A stretch of 64,000 nt of DNA, taken from contig JABVCE010000014.1 of NCBI GenBank assembly GCA_014905635.1, positions 248,001-312,000 on the forward strand, given 5' to 3'. Below are positions 45,693 through 61,326 of this stretch, piece by piece. The position numbers were made by a program, and so were the translations under genes. Each line of letters starts with the position of its first letter. Position 1 is the stretch's first letter. The stretch is from Scenedesmus sp. PABB004. Taxonomy: Eukaryota. Below the pieces are notes generated by a model. That model ran no database searches. It had not been told where the DNA came from and saw only the letters and a list, made by a program, of their open reading frames with translations.

Positions 45693-47727
45693 GCGGCGGC
45701 AGCGGCCCCGCGCAGGCGCCGCCGAGCCCGTCGCCGCGGCCCTACGTGCCCGGTGCGCCGCGCCCGACGGAGCGCTCACCGCGGCCGGCAGCCGGTGGCG
45801 CACACGGCAGGCGCCCGGCCCGCCCTGCCCGCCCCGCCGCCACGTGGCGTGCACACCCGCCCCGCCCTGCGCGCCCTGCGCCGCCCCGCCCGCCCCGCCG
45901 CCACGCCCGCCCTGCGCGCCCCGCCCGCCCCGCCGCCACGCCCGCCCTGCGCGCCCCGCCCGCCCCGCCCGCCCCGCCGCCAGGGGATGTCGAGGAGGAG
46001 GACCCGCCCTGCACACTCGCCAGCTACGCCGAGCTCGTGGTCGCCGCGAACGACGACGTCGCGTGCGGCGACGACTACAAGGGCATGCTCCTCTCCTGCA
46101 ACGCCTCGGCCGTGTGGGAGCGCGGCGCCGCGCCGGCGCTGTCGATCGAGCATGACGAGTACGAGCCCGATATTGACAGCCCGTGGATCAAGCTCCTCGG
46201 CGCCGCCGACGCGTCGTGTGCGCCCGGCAGCCGGCACACGCTCGTGTTTGACCTGGCGCAAAACCCCGAGGTCCCGCTCATCACCGTGCGGGGCGACATC
46301 GGGGTCGACAAGTTCACGATGGCCAACCTCCGCCTCGTCGTAAAGGGCGCGCCGCCCGGCCCGCCGCCCGCGTGCGCGGCGCGGCCGTGCCCCGTGCGCG
46401 CGCTCATAGAGGTGCGCCGCGACGCGGCGGAGACGAGGGCGCAGGCGCGCGCCGCGCGCGCCCCCCCGCGGGCGCTCGCCGCGGCGCAAACGCCGCCGCC
46501 GCCGCCGTGCACGCGCGCGCGCTGCGTCAGGTGCGCAACCTGATGCAGCTGGAGCTCGACAACGTGAGCATTGAGTTCGTGCCCAGCCCCGGCGGCCCCG
46601 CGCGGCTGCCCTACGCCGGTATCAGCATCACCAACATCGCCTACGGCACGCCGGTGCGCCCGCGCGCGCGCGCGCGCCCGCTGCGGCCCGCGGCGCGGGG
46701 GCGGCGGGGCTCGGCGCTGGCGGGGCGGGGCGCCCTGCACAAGGGCTGGCGCGCGTGCGTGCGCGCGCGGCGGGCCGGCGACCGAGCGCGCACACGACCG
46801 CGGCGCCCCCGCGGCGGCGGACACACGCAGGTCATATCCCTGAATAACGTGTCGGTCTCGGGCTGCGTGGACGGGCTCGTCGTGTTCGGCGGCGGCATGA
46901 CGACGCTGGACGGCGTGCGGCTCGCGGACAACGCCGAGCTGGGCATGTATTACAGCTGCAGGTGCGCCGTGGCGGCGGCGGCGGCGGCGGCGGCACGGCG
47001 CCGACGGGTGCGGCCGGGGGCTGCCTCACACACACGCTGCCCGCCGCCCGCGCGCCCGCGCTCGGCCGCCCGCAGCATGGTGCAGGCGAGCAGCCTGACC
47101 ATCCGCGACGGCTCGCTGCTGACCGACAACGGCATGGCCGGCCTGCTCGCCGAGTGCGAGGGCGACCTGTCGCCGCCGCTCAACGTGACGCTGTTTGACC
47201 GCGTCGCCGTGACCGACAACCAGGGCCCTGGTGTGCAGCTGCTGGGCAACATCGACGCGGTGCTGGGGCCGCACGTGTCGATCTCCGACAACGGCTGGGG
47301 CGGGCCGCCGCGCCTCGGCGGCGGCGCCGCCGCGCCGCCGCCGCCCGACTGCGGCGGCGGTGTGCACCTGCGCAGCCGCTTCGGGTCGCCGAGCCTCGCC
47401 CTCACTGAGACGGTCGTGCGGAACAACACCGCGCGCCTCGGCGGCGGGCTCTGCGCCGAGGTGCCCGCCGAGGCGCAGCCGCTGTTCAGCAAGGTCGCCG
47501 GCCGCGTCGACCTGCTGCAGGGCACGGTGCTGACGGGCAACGTCGCGACCGAGTGCGGCGGCGCGCTCGCGACGCTGGCCGACCTCGCCAAGGCGCGATT
47601 CCGCGTCGACCTCGGCGTTGGCGCGCGGCTGCTGGCCGACAACGCCGCGCCCAAGGCGCCCGGGTGGTGCCTCATGTTTGAAGCCGACGGCGACGAGGAG
47701 CCGATCGACGTCACGGTGCTCACGTGA
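45590..47727 (+). CDS. Secreted beta-helix protein, paralogue 2
   Basis: MRSWKG..AAALLALLLLAAAAA; CGDDY, EYEP, VRGDIGV, LPYAGI, VSGCVDGL, GMYYSC, ECEGDLSPP, APKAPGWCLMFEADGDEEP. Confidence 0.8.
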
Positions 47728-48190
47728 CCGGGATGATGGCAGAGGGTCTTGTGTGCGTGCGTGCGCGCGCGTGGGTGGCGGCGCCGACCGCAGTGCAGGC
47801 GGCGTGCCGCGCCGCACAGGCTGCGGGGCGCCCCGGGTGAGCTGCGGCATCGCGACTGAACACAATGATCAAGTGCTTGGCTGGGGCGCATTGCTTGAAC
47901 CTCACCGATTGCCTGGAGCGCCGTCGTGTGCCTCGCAGCATCTGCCCGCACTGCTGCCCGGCACCTCCCTTCAGAACCTCATCGCATGGGCGCTGATCGC
48001 TGCGCTCTCACAACTCAACGCGCGGCATGTCCCTCGCTCATGTATGCCGGCTGGGGGCCCATGTGATGAACTGAACTGCACCGAAGCACAACCGCAGCCG
48101 CTGTGAGCGAGCGGCCAGCACTCCGCACGTGCTTGCGCTGTGCTGAAGCGGCGTCGGCGTGCTGGCGGCCGCGGCCGCGCACCCGCGCAT

Positions 48191-48836
48191 CCGCGCCTAC
48201 CCGAGCCTCTCAGCGCGCCTGAGGTAACGTTGAATGACTAGGAAGGCCGCGAGCACAGGCGCCAGGCGCGGAGCGGGCGGCGCCCGCGCGCAGCGCTGGC
48301 GGCGGCGGCGGCGGCGCGGCGCAGCAGGCTGCGGTTCGTGCCACCACGCAGCTGCAGCATCATAGTTTTCGCTCGTAGAGCCACGCTGCAGCAGGCACAC
48401 GCGGCGGGCGTGGGAGGCAGGGCGTGTCGCGAGCCCGCCGACCTTCTCCTGCCGCCGTGCGCTCACCGCTCGCCCTGTCGCCGCTGTCAAGCGTCATTCA
48501 CGCCACGCCACACTCACCGAGCACACGCCGCACGCGCACTGAGCGCGCACCTGACCACTCCCCACCGGCCGCTTCCGCGCAGCGACGCCTCAAGCCCGCA
48601 CGGCACGCGACAGACAAGCAATCGGTTTCGGCATCGTTTAGCCAGGCAGCACCAGCACGCGCCCCGCCGCCCGCGCCGGGAGCAGTCCGCGAGCTTTGGC
48701 GAAGCCTGCACGCAGCAGGCCGCCGCACGCGCGATGCGGAGCTGGAAGGGAGTGCAGGGGCGGTGTCTAGACCCGTGGCCGCGAGCTGCAGCGCTGCTGG
48801 CCCTGCTGCTGCTGGCAGCGGCGGCCGCGCCGGGCA
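48191..48836 (+). repeat. ~645-bp direct repeat, copy 2
   Basis: Nearly identical to 45047-45692. Confidence 0.95.
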
Positions 48837-50480
48837 CCGCCGGCAGCGGCGCCGCGCAGGCGCCGCCCCGGGCCGCCGCCGCCGCGGTCGCCGCGTCGCC
48901 GGCGCCGAACGTCACCGACATCGAGCTGGGGCACGGCGGCTGCACCGTGCACGACTACGCGGGCCTCGCGCAGACCGCGAACGACGACGCGGGGTGCGGC
49001 GACGACTACCGGACCATCACGCTCAGCTGCGTGCCTGGGCCCAACGGCGGGACGGGCACGTACGTGCGGCGCGCCGGCGACGACGTGCTGCACGTCGCGC
49101 ACAACGAGTACGAGCCGGAGATACAGAGCCCGAGCGTGACGATCGCGGGCGACGCGGCGTCGTGCGCCGCGTACGGCGGGGTGGCAACGATCGAGGTGGA
49201 CCTGTCCGCCAACCCAGCCATGCCCGTGCTGACGGTGCGCGGCGACATCGGCGTCGAAAAGCTCGTCCTGTCCAACCTGCGCATCGTGCTGCGCGGCGCG
49301 CCGGCCGACGCCGACCCGGGCTGCGTCGCGGCGGGCCTGCACGCGCGCTGCCCAGCGACGCCGATCATCGACGTGCGCAATGTGCAGCACGTGGAGATGG
49401 ACAACGTGACGATCGAGTACGAGGGCAACGGCACGCTGCCCTACAGCGGCATCGTCATCTCGACCATCGCCTACGGCGCGCCCTGGGTGCGGCTCGGCAA
49501 CGTGCGCGTGTCGGGCTGCGTCGACGGCCTCGCCGTCGCTGGCGGCGGCGACACGAGCTTGAGCGGCGTCGCCTTTGACGGCAACTCCCACGCGGGCATG
49601 TACTACAGCTGCAGGTGCGCGTCGCCGCGGCTGCCACGCCGCGCGCCGCGCCGCGCCGCGCCGCCCGACCGCCCGCGTCGCTGACCGGCGCGCGCCGCGC
49701 CCCCCGCGCGCGCGCGCGCGCGCTGTGCCCCCGCCAGCATGGTCAACCCCTCGTCGCTCAACGTGAGCGCCGCGTCGCTCAGCGGCAACGGCCTGCTCGG
49801 CCTGCTCGCCGAGTGCGAGGGCGACCTGTCACCGCCGATGAACATCACGCTGAGCGACGGCGTGCGCGTGGAGGACAACGGCGGCGGCCTGGAGCTGCTC
49901 GGCAACGTGCACGTCAACATGGGCCCCGGCACACGCATCGCCGGCAACGGCTGGCGCGCGCCGCCGGCGTGCGGCGGCGCGGGTGCGCGCGCGCGCGGCG
50001 GCGGCGGCGGCCGTGGCCGCTGCGCAGGGGCGGCTGCGCACGCGAGCCCTGCACCCGGCGCCTGCGCGCCCAGGCGCCGCCTGAGCCCTGCCCGCCCGCC
50101 GCCCCCGCCGCGCAGTGCACGCGCGGCTGCGCTTTGGCTCGCCGAGCCTCCTGCTGAACGCGACACACGTCCTGAATAACACCGCACTCAGCGGCGGCGG
50201 GCTGTGCATGGAGGTGCCGGCCGACTCTACGCCGATGCTCTCCAAGGTCAGCGGCCGCCTCTTCCTGCTCGGCCGCACGCTGCTGGCGGGCAACGTCGCG
50301 CGCGACTGCGGCGGCGCGCTGACCACGCTCGCCGACCTGGCCAAGGCGCGCATGCGCGTGGAGGTCGGCCTCGGCACGGTCGCGGTGGGCAACGTCGCGC
50401 CCAAGGCGCCAGCGTGGTGCCTCATGTTTGAGGCCGACGGCGACGAGGAGCCGGTCGAGGTGGGGCTGCCCACGTCCTGA
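48734..50480 (+). CDS. Secreted beta-helix protein, paralogue 3
   Basis: Same motif series as paralogue 2; TGA ends at 50480. Confidence 0.8.
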
Positions 50481-50922
50481 CCCTGGTACGCGCGCGCCGA
50501 GGCCCGGCGCGGGCTCTGCTCAACTGACTCTTGGCGGCTTGCACCAAGCTTGTCACACTGCTCGGAGGCGGTGGGGGTCAAGAAACGTCGATTGTGCACT
50601 GCTGAGTTCTTGTTTGTTGTTTCAAGGCGGACTGCACGCAGTCTCGCCGCACGCTCCTCTCCGCACGCTCCTCTCATCACGCATGCTGGCCGCGCACGCG
50701 GCCTCACTCAAACCAGGGCCTGGCTTTGATTCTAATTCGCGGCGCGCGGCGGCCGCCGCCGGAGGTGCATCCTAATGCTCTCATGCGCCCTCGCGAGGGC
50801 GTGCGAGGAGCTGGCAGGCTCTGTCTGCTGCACTGCGGCACGCGCGCTCATGCGAGCGCGGCCTCGCCCGCGTGCGCTGGTGAGCGCGCAGGTAATGTCC
50901 CCTGGCCCCTCCACGCTGCCGC

Positions 50923-51237
50923 TCAGGAGCTGAGCGGGCTGCCGCCGGCCTTGAGCGGCGCCGGGCGGCCCAGCGCGCGCGCTGTCGGCGTGCCGGCGCC
51001 GCCGCCTGCTGCGCCGGCGGCCAGCGCCGCCGCCGCGCCGCGCCCGGCCGCGACGTGCTGCGCGATCGACCGCTCCACGTCGTCGATGCGCGCCGCCACG
51101 TCGCTGACGCGCGCCAGGAGCTTGGCGCTGGCCGCCTTGTAGCTGCTGCGCGCCTGGCGCTCGGCCGCCCGCGCGGGCGCAGGCTTGCCACCGCGCGCCT
51201 CGCCGCCAGGGCTGCGCGGCGGCGGCGAGGCCGGCAT
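50923..51237 (-). CDS. Small coiled-coil protein, HSBP1-like
   Basis: YKAASAKLLARVSDVAARIDDVERSIAQ resembles the HSBP1 core (RIDDMSSRIDDLEKNI); start uncertain. Confidence 0.45.
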   Translation of the reverse strand: MPASPPPRSPGGEARGGKPAPARAAERQARSSYKAASAKLLARVSDVAARIDDVERSIAQHVAAGRGAAAALAAGAAGGGAGTPTARALGRPAPLKAGGSPLSS

Positions 51238-51815
51238 GCCGGAGCGGCGTGATGGCGTGTGCCGTTCGGCGGCGGCGGTGCCGCTTCAGGGGCTCTCGTG
51301 CGCTGCTGCTGCGGCGTGTGCGGGCAGGCCGGCAAGTCGTGCCGTCGTGGGAGCGAGGCGGTCTTGCCTCCAAGGCAGCGAAGGACAGGTTTCCAGCTGG
51401 TGAACGCCCGCAGGGCGTTCACCAGCGGGAGCTGTCGCGGGCTTTTGCGACGACTTGACCGCCCCGCCCGCGTCTGCCGCGCAGCGCTTGCCCGGACGCC
51501 GCCTGCGCCACAGGCAACCGGCCCAGAGCCAGCCCGGCCCCAGCCGCGACGCGCAGCGCGCGCGACCGCGAACAGGCCCCGACAGCTCCCGCCCTGCGCG
51601 CTGCTCGGTCCCAGGCTGCTCGCCCGAGCTACCTGAACGGCGTGACCGACCCACGCCCGCCGCAGCACCGCCTGCACGCGCCCGGACACGCGGCAGCGCG
51701 GCGGAGCAGCAGCGGCGCTCGCGCGAGCCGCCCCCGCGCGCCGCCGCCGGCCCCGCGCGCCCCAGCCGCCGGCCCTGCGCGCTCCCAGACCCGGACGGCG
51801 CGTCGGGCGCCCGCC

Positions 51816-53102
51816 ATGGCGCGGCGGCGCGAGAAGGAGGAGAGCGTGTACGACTGGGGCCGCGCCGCGCCGGGCGGGCGCTGCAGCGGCGCCGGCGGGG
51901 CCGGCCCACGCACCAAGACCTACAACGTCGCCGCGCCCGCCGCCGGGGGAAAGCCCAAGATGCACGTGGACAGCTCCCAGGCGCGCGCGGCGCGCTGGCG
52001 CGTGCGCGCAAGTGCGAGCGCCGCGCCGTGCGAGCCGCGCGCTCAGCCGCCGCGCCGCGCGCCGCGCCGCGCCGCGCCGCGCCGCGCCGCCAGGTGGAGG
52101 CCATCCTCAACCCCGTGCGGGGCATCAGGGACGCGCAGGCGCGCGCGGGCATCACGCCGACCAACCACGCGCGGCACAACGTCACCGTGATCAAGGAGCA
52201 GAGCCGCCTCAACGCGCTGCACAAGGCGGCGGCCGCCGAGGAGGCCGCCGCCGCCGCGGCGGCCGCGTTCCGGCCGCAGCTGCGCCGCACGAGCTCCGGC
52301 GGCGGCGGCGGCGGCGGCGGCCTCGCGCGCAGCAGCAGCGGCGGCGGCGGCGGCGGCGGCGGCGGCAGCCTCGCGCGCAGCAGCAGCGGCGGCCGCAACT
52401 TTGTGGAGGAAAACAAGGCCGCCGCGGCGGCGGCGGCGCGGCCGGTCAAGGCCGAGGCGCGCGGCGAGCCGGGCGCCGCCTTCCTGAGCAAGAGCGAGTA
52501 CGGCCAGGTGCGAGCGCGCGGCTGGCGCGCCGGCGCGGCGGCGGCGGCGTGGCGTGGTGGCGGCGGCGGCGACGTCCAGAGAGAGCGCGCGCGAGCGCCA
52601 GCAGTGTGCGCCCCACCGCCGCTCGCCGCGCGCCGCTGCCAGGTGCCCGCGTACCTGCTGGAGCGCAAGATGCAGATGGTGCAGGAGCAGGACGCGCTGC
52701 TGGCGGCAAAGCAGGCGGCGCAGATACCGCCGGGTGCGCGCCGCGCGGCGCCGCGCGCGCGCCGCGCGCGCAGACGCCGCGGCCCGACCCTGCACGCGCG
52801 GCGCGGCGCCCGCCGCGGGCGCAGGCCTGCGCCGCATGCCGGACGACGAGCGGCGCGAGGCGCTGCGCCTGCTCGAGGCCAACCGCGGCGAGGTGGAGGC
52901 GCGGCTCGCGGCGCTGCCGATCATCATCGAGACGCCCAGCCAGGTGCGGCACAAGGACGACCTCGAGCGGCGGCTGCGGGAGATTGAGGACGCGGCCAAG
53001 ATCTTTGCGCGGCCAAACGTGCTCGTCGCGGCGGCGGCGGCGCCGCCCGGCGGCGCGGCGGCGGGGCTGCCGCCGCGGGCGCAGCAGCGCGGCGCGCGCT
53101 AG
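51816..53102 (+). CDS. ENKD1: Enkurin-domain protein (ENKD1-like)
   Basis: NHARHN, RNFVEEN, YGQ|VPAYL, IPPGLRRMPDDER, LP.IETPSQVRHKDDLERRLREIEDAAKIFARPNVLV. Confidence 0.8.
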
Positions 53103-53287
53103 CGGCGGCGCGGCGCGGCACGCGCGGCGCTTTAGCGCCGGCGGGCGGCGGTGCAACCGGCGTCCGAGCGTGTTTCACGTCGGCCGCCGCCGTCCCGCGG
53201 AGTGCCAGCCCCGCTCGGCACCCGCCCGCACCGCTGCGCGCCCCGGGGCCCGCCCGTCCACGCGCCCATCCGCGCCCGTCCACGCGC

Positions 53288-56531
<3,244 letters not shown>

Positions 56532-56831
56532 CGCGAGAGGGCGCGCTGGGCCACGCGCGCTGGCGGCGGCGGCGCGGGGTGGGCGGGCGGCGGCGCGCTG
56601 CTGCTGCGCTGGCGGGCGCGGCGGGCGCGCGCGGGGAGGAGCCGGCGCGGACGCGCTGGCGGAGAGAGAACTGGTGGTGCCGGCGGAGCAGTGATCAGAT
56701 TGACCGCGGCCACGATCACGTGCCGTGCCGGCGGTGAACCGCGGAAAGCGCCAGCCGCACGAAACTCCCACTCTTTTCGAGCTCCCGTAAGCCAGGGGCG
56801 GCCCCCCACACCCCGGACCCACACACACACC

Positions 56832-58282
56832 ATGTCGGCGCATCGACGACCGGTGCTCGTGCATCGCCGGCCGCGGCACACGCCGCAGCCGCCGCCGCCG
56901 CCGCTGCTGCCGCTCCTGCTGCTGCTGTGCGCCGCGCGTGGCGCGTGGGCGGCCGACAGCGGCGACGACGCGCTGTTCACGCCGGGCACGCAGCCGGCCG
57001 ACCGGGACGGCGTGCCGGTGAGGGAGGGAGGGCGACGGACGCGCCGGCGGCGTGGTGCGAGTGCGAGCGCGGCGCGGCGGCCGACACCGCGCCGCCGCGG
57101 CGCATCGCCGCGCTGCAGGTCCGCGCGCACGAGGGCTGGCTGCTGCGCATCGAGGACCAGTTCTTCTGGTACGGCTCCGGCGCCAAGGCGCTGACCAACG
57201 CCTCCGCGCCCGGCGGCGGCGCCGACTGGCTCTCCGGCAGCGTGAACCTTTACACCTCCTACGACCTCACCTCCTGGAAGCGCCGCGGCGCGGTGTTCAC
57301 CGCGGCCGGCCTCCCGCCGGCGCTGCGCGGCGGCGTCGGCGACGCGCCGGTGCGGCTGGAGCGGCCAAAGGTGCTGTACAACGCGGCGCGGCGCTTCTAC
57401 GTTCTGATTTTCCACCTCGACGGCCTGGCCAACGACCGCGGCCTCGTGGGCTGGGCGATCTCGCCGAGCGCGGCGGGGCCGTTTTCCTTCCAGGGCGCCG
57501 ACCAGCCCGACGGCCTGCCCGCGTGGGACCTCTCCGTCGCCGCGGGGGAGGGCTCGGACGCGTGGCTGGTGCGGCTGCGCCCCGCCCCCGCCCCCCGCGC
57601 CGCGCGGCCGCGGCCGGGACGCGTGCGAGGCCGCCGCCGCCGCGACCGCCGCAGGTGCGCAACGTGCCGGGCGCGGGCCTGGCGATCAGCCGGCTCGCGG
57701 GTGACTTCCTCGGCACGAGCGGGGGCGTGTGCAGCCGCATCCCCCGCGCGTGGACGGGCGGCGCCGACCCCGGCGCGCCCTGCCTCTTCGCCTGGCGGGG
57801 GCGCTGGTACCTGCTCGCAAGCCAGCGCCGCGGCTGGGCGCCGAGCGCGCCGCGGATGTGGGTCTCAAACGGCAGCGACCCCTGCGCGGGCTGGGCGCCC
57901 GTGCGCTGGCCCGCCGGCGGCGCCGGCGGCGGACGGCTGTACGACTCGAGCCCTGCCTTTGTCTTTCCCTACGCCTTTGCCGGCGGCGACGCGGACGTGA
58001 GCGCGCGTGGGCTGGGGACTGCAGCGTGGCGCGGGCGCGCGCAGCCAGACGTGGGCGCGGGCACGGGCGCGTGTGCGCGTCGCTGACGCTGCCGCCGCCG
58101 CCGCGCGCGCGCAGCCACTGCTGATCTACTTTGGCGACCGCTGGCAGCCCGACGTCGGCAACGCGAGCTACGTGTGGGCGGCGATGCTGCCGGGCGCGGA
58201 CGGCGCGCCGCGGTTAGTCGACCCCGGGACCGGCTGGCGGCCGTCGGACTTCCGCCCGCCGCCGTCGCTGGCCGCGACGTGA
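56832..58282 (+). CDS. GH43 five-bladed beta-propeller, subfamily 24-like (exo-beta-1,3-galactanase family), with altered catalytic motifs
   Basis: Signal peptide; AHEG, FFWYG, YTSYDLTSW, ERPKVLYN, GPF, GRWYLLAS..GWAP, IYFGDRW, ASYVW. Confidence 0.85.
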
Positions 58283-58381
58283 GCGGGCCACCACAACGCG
58301 GGCGCCGCCAGCGAGCCGGCGAGTTCACGCGCCCCGCGCCCGCCCCGCGCACGCGCTCGTGTAACCGGCCCGGCCCCGCCT

Positions 58382-60993
58382 CTAGAGGCCCCGCCGCCGG
58401 CGCCGCCGCGTGCCCGCGACGCGCGGGGGCGTGCGGCCGTCCGCGAACGTCGCCTCCAGCCAGCTCACGAGCGCATACACGTCCTCAAAGGTCGACAGGA
58501 AGCCCAGGCTGGCGCGCACGCTGCCGATCGGCAGCTCCAGCCGCACCGCCGGCGCGCTCGCGTTGGCGCCCGGGCGCTCGACCGCCATGAAGCCGGACGA
58601 GCAGTCCACGCCGCTGCTGCTCACGTGCCGCTCCTCCTCGGGGGGTATGCCCAGCCGAAACTGGCACTGCCCCGGGTTGCCTGCGCGGGCGCGGCGGGCG
58701 GGGCGAGGCGAGCGCGGCGGCGTGACGCGCGGTCGCGCGGGGCCGGCGCGGGCGTGCCCGTGCCCGCCGGGCCCGGCACGCGAGCACGTGCGCACGCACA
58801 CATGCAGCCCGTGCGCAGCGCGAGGCCGGCTTCGTACGCGGCGTCCTCGACCACGACCTGGCTCGTGGGCGAGCCGTCCGGCTGCAGCACGAGAAAGTTG
58901 AACACACAGCTCTGCTGCGCCTGCTCGCCGCCCGGGGCGCCGTGCGCGCCAAAGAGCCGCACGAGCGGCGCGCCGTTGCTGTGCGCGAGGCGGCCGAGCG
59001 CGGCCGCCGTCCACGCCTGCAGCGCGCTCGTGTGCGCGTGGATGGCCTGGCGCGCCGCGCGGGGCGGCCGCGTCGGCGGCCCGCGCGCGCACGCCGCTCG
59101 CCCGCCGCCGCGCGCCCCGCGCGCTGCACGCGCCGCACGCCCTGCGCGCGCCTGCATGCCACCGAGGCGGCGCAGCTGGTCAAATCCGAACTGCAGCTGA
59201 CTGATGCCCAGGTAGTCGGTGGTCCCGTCCATATAGCCGGTCGGTGCGGGCGCAAGGAGACGCCACGCGTCCTGCGCCGTCGCGTCGGCGACGCTGCCAC
59301 CGCCAAAGTAGACCTGGCCGCGGTGCGGGCGGGTGGGTGGGTGGGTGGGCCGCCGGCGCGGCGCGCGGCGCGGCGCGCGTGGGCGGGCCGCCGCAGCGGG
59401 CCGCCGCGGCGGCCGCGCCTTGTGCAGCAGTGCGATCGCCTCACGCCGGGCGATGAGGGCGCCCAGGCCGGTCGGGTATCCAAACATCTTGTAAAATGAG
59501 ATCTGTGAGTGGCCCCGCGGCAGACGCGGCGGCGGCGGCCCGGGTCTTGGGGTTCGGCGGCGGTCTCGGGACCAGCGGCGCCGCGGCCTGGGCGTGGCCT
59601 AGACCCAGGGTGCCGCGCGCCGGCGCGGCGCGGCGCGGCGCGGCGCGCACCGGCACAAAGTCGGGCCGCACCGCCCGCAGGTCGAGCGCGTGCGTGGGCA
59701 CGTACGCGGCCGCGTCCGCGACGACGAGCCAGCGGTGCCGGGGCGTCGAGCGCGCGTGGGCGGCCTCGATCCAGGCCTGGGGGTAGAGCCGACCCTCGTA
59801 GTTGTCTGAGGGAGGGCCCGTGGCATGCGGTGTGTGTTGAACGTGTCGGCGCCGCGCCGCGCGGGCGGGCGGGCGGGCGGCGGACGGCGAGGCGCCCCTC
59901 CCTCCACGCGCGCGCACGCCCTCACCTTTGAGCGGGAAGGCGAGCAGGCTGTACGTCACGTCGTCGCCACTGTCGCCGTCCCCGCCCGCCTCGCCGACCT
60001 CGCCGCCCAGCTCCCTGCCGCCGGGCGCCGCGAGCAGGGCGGCCATGCCGTCCTCGTCGACGCACGAGAGCGGCACGCCGCGCTCGCGCGCGTAGGCCCC
60101 GATGCCGAGGACGCTCTTGTGGTTGGCGCGGAGGTACACAAAGTGGCTCGACCGCGGCGCGCGCCGCGCCGCGTCGGCGCGCGCCGCGCCGCACGCCGCC
60201 GGCGTGCCGCCCGGCGCGTCGCTCACGCCGCCCGGGCGCACGGCGCGCGGGGCCGTCCAGTCGGCGGGCGACGTCCAGGGGAACGCCTCGCCGACGAGCT
60301 TCAGGCCCTGCGTGGCACCCGAGTTCCACACGACCGTGTACTCCTCGGGGTCGGCGTTAAACCACTCCAGCACGGTGCGCGCCGCCGCCTCCAGCTCGCG
60401 CGTCGTGCGCAGCCCGCACGCCGAGCGCGAGTGCGGGTTGGACAGCGTCGCGCGTTGCAGCAGCGCGCTCGCGGCCGCGAGGTTGGAGCGCGTCACCAGC
60501 GCCGCGGCTGCGGCGGCGGCGGCGGTGGCGGCGGCGATCGCAGCGGCGGTCAGCGGGCGGCCGATCGCCGAGCGCGAGGCGGCGGCGGCGGCGGCGGCGC
60601 ACCCGTGTAGTCGAGGTAATGCTTCAGCTTGTCGCCCAGCCGGCTGCCCACCTCGCGGTGGAAGTTGCAGTCGAGCCAGCCGTCGTAGCCGTACGCGCCG
60701 GCCGCGGTGCGCAGGAACGCGGCCTTCTCGGTGCGCAGCCCGCGCAGGCTGCCGCCGCCGCCCGCGCGCACGCTGCGCGAGCTGCTGCCGCCGCCCGGCG
60801 CGGCGGCAGCGCGCGGCAGGTAGCTGCGGGAGACCGCCAGGCAGGCGAGCAGCAGCAGGGCGAGCACCGCCGCCGCGCCGGCGCGGCGCGGGGGCGAGGC
60901 GTGGAGCAGGCCCGAGTGGTGGCTGGCCCGCGGCGCCGACGGCAGCAGCTGCCCGCCCGACCTCAACCAACGACGCTCATTGCCCAGCTGCAT
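58382..60993 (-). CDS. PLP-dependent molybdenum-cofactor-sulfurase-like protein (NifS-like domain only, N-terminal TM)
   Basis: YLDYTG, NPHS, SGATQGLKLVGEAFPW, NHKSVLGI, DAAA, SFYKMFGYPTGLGAL, YFGGG, LRTGCM|CNPGQC, VRASLG; stop follows soon after. Confidence 0.88.
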
Positions 60994-61326
60994 CTGAACG
61001 TCACTGTCGGCGGCCCGCCCGAAAGCGCAGCTGCTTCACCGCAGCGCCGGCAGCAGCGGCATTCGCAGGCCGGGCCGCGCCGCCGCAGCGGCGGCGCGGG
61101 CCGCGCCCCAGCGCCCCACCCGTGGGTTCTCTGCTCGCGGCTCCGACGGCAGCGGCGAAAAAGCTGCGTCCGCGGCCTCGCACGAGCTCGAGCAGCGGCG
61201 GCGGTGTCGTGCGCGACTGGCGCGTGCGGCGATCGAGCGGCTGTGGCTGTGCGGCGAGAGGCCTGATGCTGCCGAGTCCACGACGCACCCCGCCGTTGCC
61301 GCCGCCAGCGAACCCTGGGCCCTGCT

